The notes under the pieces were generated by a model. It was not told where the DNA came from. It did no database searches and was given only the letters and a program-made list of their open reading frames with translations. A stretch of DNA of 64,000 nucleotides, taken from NCBI RefSeq assembly GCF_000143415.4, contig NW_003314314.1, positions 194,318 through 258,317 of the forward strand, read 5' to 3'. The position numbers and the translations under genes were made by a program. Below are positions 9,459 through 19,063 of the stretch, piece by piece. Source of the stretch: Selaginella moellendorffii. Lineage: Eukaryota; Plantae; Lycopodiophyta. Position 1 is the stretch's first letter. Each line of letters begins with the position of its first letter.

Positions 9459-12400
9459 TATAACAAGCTTTCCATTTTATGTAAGGATGCAATTAACTTT
9501 CTTCTGCCTCATCATCAACATAATGATTTCTTTTATACTTCCTCCTATAGTGGTATTGTGGGGAAGATTCACCTTGCATATGTTGAGCCATGGCTTCTGC
9601 ATAGTCAGGGAGACTTCGAAAGCCTCCAATTCTAGAAACTCCAGGTGACTGTGATCTATAAAATAGAATGAAATATATATTGAAATTTTAATAAACATAA
9701 TTTACCTCCTTGAGGTTGAAGGCAACTCACGAAATCCTCTGAGCCGGCGTTTGAAGAAATGATGTTCTTCAATAGCAAACACTGACCTACCAGAGTCATG
9801 TGCTGCCTCCACCATAGAACCACTACCTGCTGTGCAATCAATCACAATACCATCTGGTGGGCAATAGAGCTCAAGCAAGACTTGCATTGCTGATGGAGTT
9901 CGGAATCGGTACCTTGGAAACGTGTTGCGGATTTGCTCATCCACAAGTTGGGTATGATGTTAGTGGAACTGTCGTACCCAGGCAAAACACGTGTTGCACG
10001 TTCGCTATCACGAAACCCATCATGTGTGTTTCTGCAGAAGGCATGATAGGTCCACATCATAACCTGGAAAATAAAAATGTTTAGAAATTAGATAAAAATA
10101 TAAAATACATACTCACCTTTTCAGGCTTCCCTTGGACGCCCCTTGTATCAACGCCAATAGGATCCATAATGCACCCGGAAGAGAATGACTTGAAATGAAC
10201 TTCTGCTGCGCACGTCATAAGCTCATACATCCAGTTGGGGTCGTTCGGTAGGATGAAGACGACATGGCCAGCTTCGAGCATAAGTACTTCGGACAATAGG
10301 AATGCATCGCGCAAGTGGTCAAGTGTGAGAAAGTTCCAATCCTCAACTTTCCCATCGATATCTGAAAGACCATCTGGAAAGTCGAAGAGAATGAAGTCCG
10401 CAACTGGGAGCACGGGCCTTTGTATCTTTCGGCACCAACGGTTGAACTGGCGGCGTATATCCATGTTGATGTCGTCTTCCGTGAAAGATGTCAATAATCT
10501 ACTGTAAGAGCCAATGAAGATACCCACAATGCCTCGTTGTGTTATTGGGGACACAGGACGGACCTATAAAAGAGCTAAGTGAATGAAAAAAGTAATAAAT
10601 AGTATGATACCGTCATATGGCGTGTTGTCGATGAGAGTTCCTCCAACTCCTCTTCACGAGCATCTCGTCGAGCTGGAATGAAATTACTACCAACAGTCAT
10701 TGCTGCAAAAAACATGTATTACCACCTTTAGTTTGTAAAATTCACTTTTGCTTACCTCGAGGTCGACGTGATATTCTGTGAACCACTTGATCATCGTTAT
10801 TTACTAGTAAAACCTGATCCGGATCTTGGTTGTTTGATGGTTGAATTGGAGCCTGTTCCTGACTGTCTGGTGGTGGAACATGAACTTGATCTGGAGCTTC
10901 CTCATCCTCGTCTCCATCGTCACTTGCATTGCCATCGTTGCTAGCATTGATAATTTCCTCGTGATCTAGTGTAGAGGTCTCCTTCCCTAGGAGCTCCAAC
11001 TCCTAAGGGCATTCTATCTTCCGTGCCTTTGGAACTCTCGCAAACATTGTTGGATACATTCCTCCATCTCTTACACCCTTTGTAACAAGTCGAGTGCAAA
11101 CTGGTGCCTCAAATGGCATGCCTCTATATCGAAGATACCTGTAAACAATATATTTAAAAAAACAGTCTTAGAAATCATATTATACCTATAAGTTGCACGT
11201 TGCATGAAATAAGGTTGACCATGTTGGCAATCATAAGTTGTTGTGCTTGTAGACTTCTCTGGCAGCCACCCCTCTTCGATCCCTTCCAATGACGTGTTGA
11301 TGTAGGTGTCGAAAGACATGAATGTGCCATCTGGATCGTCACCAATGTGTGGTGCCAAGAACTTCTCACCTTCACTTATAGTTTGCGTGATGTAGACAAC
11401 CCTTCTCATCATGTTCTCAAATAGTTCTGGCAGTCCTTTCTCTCTGTTCATCAAGCAGACATTGAGGAACTCCAGAGTCTCTATCTGTTGCTTATATGGA
11501 AGCTTCGATTTTGCGATATTGTAAATCATATCATCTGGAGTTTTGTTCACTGCAAAAGTAACATATGCATAATTAAGAAAAATGAAGTGTGATAAAAAAC
11601 TTACATTCATGAGAAGAAATTTCGGCTATAGTCTCTAGCCACTCCTTCGGCCTGCGATTGTCTGCAATGCATACTAATTTCTTCAACTTTGAGGACTTTG
11701 CATGCTGAATTTTGTGCTCAATTTGTACAAACTCAGCTGAAAGCTCTTCCCGACTCTTCTTCGGATATGCAAGTTCGTAAGCATCCTGCTTGACCTTCAC
11801 CAAAGGCTAAAAACCAAAACAATTAAAATAGGCTTTTATAAAATAAAAGGGAAAGACATACCTTACACCACACAGCGAGCATAAAACTGATTGGGTTGTT
11901 GAACCAAGTTGTACCGTCATTTCGAGTGCGTGAGTGCCGAACAAGTGTTGCGAGATCATCACCATAATGTTGGCGGATGTCATCCTCACTCAAGTCTGCC
12001 AAAAATCGAAGTTGCTCGATGTCATGGACAAGATTTTGTTTTTGAACAGCGAACTGCCCAAGCCTACATTTAAACACAACAAAACAAGTTAAAGTGGAGT
12101 TAGAGGTAAAATTATAAAACTTACGCATTTATCTTTTGGCAGGCCAAGATAAGTCTGTTGACATCCAAAGGTCCCCTCGCATAGACATGGCCGACTGGAA
12201 CGTTGATATGGTAGACAGGATCATCGCGAAAATGATCGTCGATACACTTCATCCAAGCTCCATATCGGTGGTTACCGTCAATAATTTGGAACATTGTCCC
12301 CGCAAGCTGTCGAGTCTCAGGATGTCTGATAAGCATGTCATCAAATTCTAGGGACTTCCTCCTCCAAATAGGATCCCAGCTATTCACAATCTCGGGTGTG

Positions 12401-12764
12401 ACAGTAATGATCTCCGTTGTTCCTGGCTTGCAAAAAGAGACTAGAAACATACCGATATTTGTTGCAAGGCCATTCTGTTTGAACAAGTTGTATATATCCG
12501 GGTTGACATACTTGGATGCTGTGCGGACAAGGTTCGTTTGCTGCAAACGGCAAAGGGGGATTTCTCTGATCAAGTCACAAGGGCCTGGCCACTTGAGCGC
12601 CTCAAGTGTTTGGTGAACTGCTTTTTCCCTTGTCCGCATAACAGTCTCTTGGAAGCGCTTGTCCACCACGTTGTCAGGAAGGTCTGCAACTCTTTCAGCT
12701 CCAGGTTGTTCCTCAGGTTCCCTATCGTGAACACCACTAGATTGCCCAACTTCAGGGATTTGCG

Positions 12765-12992
12765 TTGGTGGTGGTGGCGGTGGTGGCGGGAGCAAAGGCA
12801 ATAGTGGCAGTGGTGGTGGCAATGGTGGTGGTGGCGGTGGCGGCAGGGGCAGAGGCAATAGTGGTAGTGGTGGTGGCAATGGTGGTGGTGGCGGTGGCGA
12901 TGGAGGTGGTGGAGGTGGTGATGGAGGTGGTGGAGGTGGCGATGGCGGTGGTGGAGGTGGTGATGGTGGAGGTGATGGTGGTGGAGGTGGTG
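12765..12992 (-). repeat. Coding polyproline (PPPPPS / PPPLPLL) tract
   Basis: GGT/GGC/GGA triplet array in exon 2. Confidence 0.9.
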
Positions 12993-13216
12993 AATCTCTA
13001 TCTAAATGTGTCTCTGTTATGCCAATGGACATGTTGATTGTGATGTCGTCGTCAGTGCCAAATTGAACTTCTCGTGTCTTCTTGGCTCCAACAACCTTTT
13101 TCTGTGTTACAATTTTCCTTTTCTGCAAGAGAAAAAGTTTTGTTAGTCAAACTAAATAAAGATAATGAGAAATTCAAACAGTCAAAGAGAAAAAAAAAAT
13201 CAAGTGGGCCTAGACT

Positions 13217-13420
13217 CCACCTCGGGCACTTTGGCTGCCCAGGGGCCGAGTAATCAAATAACCTCGGCCCCTCGGCAAGCAAAAGTGCCCGAGGTGGCCG
13301 CCCGGAGCTCGACCTCGGGCACTTTTGCTCGCCGAGGGGCTGAGGTTATTTGAATAACCTTGGCCCCTCGGCAAGCAAAACTGCCCAATGTGGCCCGCCC
13401 GAGCTCGACCTCGGCCAGCA
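13217..13420. repeat. Two tandem GC-rich hairpins (about 35-40 bp arms) in intron 1 of the methyltransferase-like gene
   Basis: 13217-13250 is inverted to 13263-13297; second unit at about 13312-13393. Confidence 0.85.
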
Positions 13421-13537
13421 AAGAAGCAATCAAGAAAAAAAAGGGAAGAAATGGAATGGAAGTGGAAGCAATCAAATCGAAACTCACCCTTGGCGGCATC
13501 TTTCCTCCCTCGATTTCTTGATCGTGCTAGATTTCTT

Positions 13538-13820
13538 GTGCGCTCAATCTCTCCCGCTCGCACACTCAATCTCTCCCGCTCGCGCGCTCAATCTCTCCTG
13601 CTCGCGCGCTCAATCTCTCCTGCTCGCGCGCTCAATCTCTCCCGCTCGCGCGCTCAATCTCTCCCGCTTGCGCGCTCAAACTCTCCCGCTCGCGCGCTCA
13701 ATCTCTCGATCTCTTGTGCGCTCAATCTCTCGATCTCTTGCACGCTCAATCGCTCGATCTCCTTCGCGCTCAATCCCTCGATCTCCTTCGCGCTCAATCT
13801 CTCGATCTCTCGCGCGCTCC
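13538..13820. repeat. CpG-rich 21/22-bp tandem array (GCGCTCAATCTCTCCCGCTCGC-like), about 13 copies
   Basis: Directly visible, upstream of the ATG at 13499; CCCTAACCCTAA telo-box-like motifs follow at about 13858-13895. Confidence 0.92.
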
Positions 13821-14893
13821 ACTCACGATGCGAACAGTAACCTAATCTTGGTGGCTACCCTAACCCTAATCCTGACGGCTGCCCTAACCCTAACCTATCT
13901 CTCATCCTGGCCGTTCATTCCGAATAACCTAAATCTCAACCATCACAATATCTTTGATCTTATTTTATCTTATCATTATTATTATATGTAAATTATGCTT
14001 CTTTATTTTGTATATTTTAATGATGGTATAACTAGCACCTATCAACATTTCTGTTATTAGAGATATGATATTATATTTTACAAATTATCTAGAAAGGATG
14101 CATTCTCATCACTATTTTGTACATATTTTGGAATCGTTACAAGAACTTCAAAGAGTATAAATAAGGCACGTTAAAATATGTTGTACTATATCCATCTATG
14201 AATGGATGAATCCTCATCCAGAAATTTATTTTGTACTGTATTAGATCCTAAACAATAGGCACGTGCTTTAAATGTCATTGAGCAGTGTTCACAATTATGG
14301 ATAAAACTTGAGTTGTACTACGAATCAAATCTGTTATTGAAGAATAAGATTTGATAAGATTTATTATCATCTACCACTTAAAATTTGACAACTTGACATA
14401 TCACACGTGCTGATAGTTAGATTGGATCTCTTGGTTTAACACGTTATAGCAGAATGTCATTACTGGTATCATTATTAACTATCAAACTTCACGTGTTGAA
14501 AATCTTTCCTTGGATCTATGTGTATACATGCATCAGACATCATAATAGATGACAGTAATATTAATACTGTCACACTTACACATGTTAAATTTGCTATAGA
14601 ATTTAAATTCATTTTGTACGTTGTCTTCTTATTACTCTATTTAAATTTCAATTATGTTTCACTATAGATTTTTACAAGTAGCATAAAGAGAGAGAACTCC
14701 AAAACCTATTGAGAAGGATGGAGAGGTTTCTTCTTCATTTTCGAGATCACCCACCTCTTTCATTCTCTCAGAGTATTGTTTCTGAAAGTTTTTTATGTCG
14801 GCGTTTTGATCTTCGTCTTGGCTCTATTTCTTTAGAGGCTGTGATCCGCAACGACACCGGTATAGTTGCCGAGTGTTTGGATCTCCAGTCAAA

Positions 14894-17800
14894 ATGCCAA
14901 AATGCGCTCCAGCGAAAGTGAATGTGAAGCAAGATTCAGTCGTTATCTTCTCGTCCTCTTCTAGTTCAAGTGAAGATGTCATGCTAGTGTCGGCGCCAAA
15001 TTCACCAGCTCCAGCTCCAACTTCAGCAATATTCAAAGCCGTTAGCAATGCTTTCCAATTTTCACGCCTCTCAATCGACGTGCACTTGTTTTTGTATAGG
15101 CTTGTGAGTGAGCTTCCATCCTCCTACAACGGCAACATTTTCTTTGAGATACCACCTCTTGTCAGCAGCACAGGTTCCAAACGGAAGGGGATGGAAACCA
15201 AGCAGGATGTCCACAATTGGTGCAAGATCAAGACCACACACTTTCAACATTTTGAAGGCACAGTGTCTATAGTTCATTGTGGCGGGCATTTAGATTGTGT
15301 GGATGAAGCATGCAATCGAGACCGCTCTAGAAACTCTATATTTTTCGAAGGGTCTGCAGTCAATCCTCCAGCCTGTGACACCATTGCTGTTGGATTCAAA
15401 TGTCGATTCTGCAAAAATGCTCCTCTATGTCGTGCTATCTGCGAGGCCAAGATGTACTACTTTCTTCCACGGGATGGAGTGGCTGGAAGAGCTGCAGTGC
15501 ATGTTGGCACACATATGCATCCAATGTAGGAAGGGATACAAAGGAGTTCTCTCAACCGTTTCAAAGATGCTGTACAGGAAGAGACTATGAGAAACTCATC
15601 TGCAACTCCGAAGCATGTTCAGAAGACCGTCCTCAAGGATTTTATCGCAAATACCTTACTCAATCCAGGTTGCCAAAAGACTCAACTAAACGAGGCTAGC
15701 TTGCGGGACTTACTACGAGGAGTACAACCTGCTACTAGCCTAAGGAGGTACATCCATTATTTTTCATACGTTATAATAATAATTTTTTCTTACATTATAT
15801 TGTTTAGGATAAAATCTTGGATGTGTGAATCTCGAGAGGGGAAGTTGCAATCAAAAATTGACTCCATCCTTGAATTGAAACGGACCTGTCCATACGAGTT
15901 CATCCACGGAAGTTTGTTTCCAGACCAAGTTGTGAATGAGCAAGAGCGCCCCTTCGTCTTCAAAATGTCTACCATGGGCCCTGCCTCTGGCGTAGATCTT
16001 GTCTCCCAAATGGACATGTTTGGGTCCAGTGACCTTGCAAATGCATGGGTACATTTTGACCATATGGAGCGTGTATCCGGTTGGACAACCATGGGAGCTC
16101 ATGTGTATGATCCAAGGTAATTTTTATTCTCATTATATTGAAATTGTTATAATATTTATGTTTTCATAGGCTACGTTGTAACTTAACAATTGCGACAGCA
16201 GAGTTTAAAGTACAAGACCAGACAGCACAGGAAATATTTTGGAAGTCCCTCTCTGATATTGTCCTAAAGCGGACTGGTAAGCCTGCAAACTTTTGTGGTT
16301 TCATGGCAGATGGGGCTGGTGCAAACTGGAATGGTATCCGAGCAGTTTTTGGGAATGGTCAACCATTGGAAGGTCGTGAGAGGACTTGTGAGTTCCATTG
16401 GGCTCAAAGCCTAAACCAGCACTGCCACCTTATCAAGCCAGAGTTTCAATCAATATTTAAGGAGTTGTGCAAACAATGGCAGGTTGCACCTTCTGAAGAA
16501 GAGCATGAGGCAAAAGCAAACGAGATCCGAATGTGGTGGCGTGAAGATGGCCATACAGACGTAAGTTGCCTACCACAACTTGAGTCATGGTTAGGATGGT
16601 GGGAAGTTAGGATGTTCCAATGGGGACATCACTCTTTTCAGGTTGGTTTATATTTTTTCTTCTCCTTTTATTACCTTTTAATATTGCCTTTTCCATTAGG
16701 ATCAACCACTTGAGGACCTCGCATACACCCCAACTGTGAATCTCTCCGAAAGTAAGCATTGGAGTTGGCGTTCCTCTGAGGCAGGGAAAGGGAAGATGAG
16801 TCTATACGAAGCCTGTCTATCAGATTTGATACGTGCTATAGAGCAATCTTCAAAAGCACTGGCATTCGAGGAAGGAAGATACATGGGAACAGGGCCTTCT
16901 GTTAAGATGTTACATGATAGGATGAAGAGAAAATTAACTCTACCCGCCCGAACAGTGGCAACTGCAGTTGAGGAAGTGGTCCGTGGCACATCTATGGAGT
17001 ACACTCCCCGAGCTTCTATTGGTGATATAAAGACTGTCTGCTCAAAGCGTCGTTTTTCCTTTGCTGGGGAAGATGTTGGTACGGACCTTGGAGCAAAAAG
17101 CTCCCACAGGCCTGATGTCAAGTACCATTCTGCTCCAAGACACCGCTCTCGAACTGAGCCACCTCAAGTGGCTGATGAAGAGAGTGCATCGCAACAGGTT
17201 GAAATTGCTTACTGTAGCGTGGAGCCGAAGCAATGGGCAATCCGATGTGTGCCAACAAAATCAAATGTAAGGTGTGTGGGGATGCTTCCGAGGGGCAAGT
17301 GTTGGGCCTGGATTCGTGGTGAAAAATCTGCTTCTGTTCCAGCCCCATGTTTCTATGGGGAACGAAAGCAAGCAGGATTTTCAAGATGGTGCTGGCTATA
17401 TTGTTGCAACACCGACGCCAACCATACGAAGCGGCTTGAAGACACTATAGTGACTAAACCTGATGCAGTACCTAAAGAATGGCCGGTTGTTAATGGGGTC
17501 GCGCTCACCTCGGATGAGATTGAAAACCTTGAGAAATCTGGTTTTAATCTTGAGAGGAGAGTTGGAGACATGAGTGACAGGAGCAGGACTATTCCTACAG
17601 AGATGCACAGGAGGCCAGCACGAAAAGGTAAAGCAATTAAATTTATTGGTACCGTCTCCAAGCAGAAGCAAGGTAAAATAAATTTGGCTCAAACACTTGA
17701 GTGTGAGATTCTCTCTACGAAGTACATCACTGCGCTTGCAAAGGAGTACATAGTCAAAACAGAAGGTGGAGAGTACACAATTGCCATTCACGACTTTCCT

Positions 17801-17977
17801 TCTTGCACATGTCCAGACTTTACGAAGCGCGAGGAACATGGGAAGGCATATGCTCCTTGCAAGCATATGTACTACATCTTCATCAACATCTTGCACCAGG
17901 ATCCTAAAGTGGATATTCATATACACCAAGCAAGCCTTACTATTGCTGAGTTGCAGAAAACTTTTGGAGCTAATTAG
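14894..17977 (+). pseudogene. MULE-type transposase (GCM-like Zn domain, DDE core, SWIM), 4 exons, about 970 aa, one in-frame TAG
   Basis: Exons 14894-15747, 15808-16116, 16170-16641, 16700-17977; HFDH / FMADG / CEFH / NLSES catalytic pattern; SWIM CTCPDF...PCKH; stop at 15527-15529 with the frame continuing. Confidence 0.85.
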
Positions 17978-18068
17978 ATTTCTCCAACACTATCGATGTT
18001 TATTCTCTATCAATAAAACTTATTATACTTTATATAATTAATACAAATGTGCTTTTTCATTTCACTTT

Positions 18069-18521
18069 TCATTTTATATGCTTCCGAGTGTTCTTCTCGC
18101 AATACTGCCCATAGTACTCGTGTGTCTCCATTTCTGTCTTTACCATCTCAAAAAAGATTTCATGGTAGTCTTTCGGGTGCGTGATGTTGCAGTGTGTCGC
18201 AAGAGCATATATACCATCATACTGATCATTGCCATTGTTTCCACCAGACGCTAGAAAACATATGGGGCACTTCTTGAAAGTGGCAGAATTGCATTTTTCT
18301 AAAACAAGTAAGAGGGCATTCTTTTTCACCCAATTTGTTGCACCCTCTGTCATTGCATTTATCTCCAACTCATGATCACTATCCTCACTATCCTCTCTTT
18401 CATTCTCTTGTGTGATTTGGTTATGCTGTGCAATGGGATAGTTATTGCATCTCCTAGCCCTTGAGCCCTGGGAAGAAAGATTGTGAGAGTTAAAATTACC
18501 AACACTAGAACTCATAGACAT
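18069..18521 (-). CDS. Small transposon-borne zinc-finger protein (150 aa, zf-XS-like)
   Basis: Intact ORF; CPICFLASGGNNGNDQYDGIYALATHCNITHPKDYH; paralogous to 8619-9164. Confidence 0.68.
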   Translation of the reverse strand: MSMSSSVGNFNSHNLSSQGSRARRCNNYPIAQHNQITQENEREDSEDSDHELEINAMTEGATNWVKKNALLLVLEKCNSATFKKCPICFLASGGNNGNDQYDGIYALATHCNITHPKDYHEIFFEMVKTEMETHEYYGQYCEKNTRKHIK

Positions 18522-19002
18522 TTGTGGGTGTATTTCCCTTTTTTCGAATGAGAGTGTGAATGAAAATCTATAAATTCTAGACAGTATGCTACGACAAACC
18601 CCTCAAGAATGTATTCTACAAAGAACCAAGTCTTTCTTTTATATGCAATAAGCTTACATCAACGGTTATTTTTTTTCCTTTCAAACGGTTATATGGTTTC
18701 ACATAGAATCTTATTTCAAATTTAATAATTTTTTAATTCTGACAAACCTAACATTTACTAGCCAGAAAGCATAGAGTACAAATTTAAAGAAGTGACAAGA
18801 ATACTCTTTTTTCAAACATTTTATTTTATGTTCTAACAAATGTCCCTATCATTGCATGTAGTAAATATTTAAATTATTAGAACAAAATGTGTTCTTTAGA
18901 ACATTTTTATCTATATAATATATAGAGAGTTATTAAATTATTAGGTTCGCCATAACCTTAAAATTTTAAAATTTATAATGTTTGTACTAAATTACAATTG
19001 AA

Positions 19003-19063
19003 AATTGAGCTCAACTCGTGAGCTCAACTCTTCAACTCGTGAGCTCAAGTATGGTCCGCGCCC
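19003..19063 (-). repeat. Right terminal inverted repeat
   Basis: AATTGAGCTCAACTCGTGAGCTCAACTC...ATGGTCCGCGCCC followed by the TSD. Confidence 0.8.

Larger units (their letters stand above)
9493..13499 (-). pseudogene. 10-exon gene (about 1070 aa): Pro-rich linker, ParB/Srx-like domain, beta-class N6A/N4C DNA methyltransferase-like domain; one nonsense and one frameshift in this copy
   Basis: Phase-consistent GT-AG exons: 13499-13488, 13122-12125, 12063-11862, 11806-11605, 11549-11186, 11138-10756, 10702-10611, 10563-10117, 10063-9706, 9655-9493. Motifs: FQIIDGNHRY; ADFILFDFPDG (motif IV position); LLELYCPPDGIVIDCTAGSGS...GRSVFAIE (motifs X, I, II). TAG at 11003-11005; 1-nt frameshift near 9945. 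Confidence 0.8.
7325..19063. mobile_element. 11.7-kb Mutator-like (MULE) DNA transposon with three cargo genes
   Basis: 8-bp TSD GTGAATAA (7317-7324 and 19064-19071); imperfect GGG-starting termini (14/20 match) plus inverted GAGTTGAG(T/C)TCA(T/C)GAGTTGAGCTCAATT subterminal blocks; internal MULE-type transposase. Confidence 0.88.

Noticed and set aside
12121-13128. Extensin or cell-wall protein
   Set aside because: The polyproline tract is a linker within exon 2 of the ParB-MTase gene; no signal peptide
9493-13499. Bacterial or phage contamination, or a restriction-modification system
   Set aside because: The gene has nine spliceosomal introns and lies inside a TSD-bounded eukaryotic transposon; no endonuclease partner seen
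13350-13991. ORFs of 150-213 aa over the 21-bp array, and similar ORFs at 64-565 and 41184-41743
   Set aside because: Stop-free frames produced by tandem or low-complexity repeats
7325-19063. hAT classification because of the 8-bp TSD
   Set aside because: Transposase has MULE-type D-D-CxxH-E spacing and a C-terminal SWIM finger, with no BED or hAT dimerisation motif
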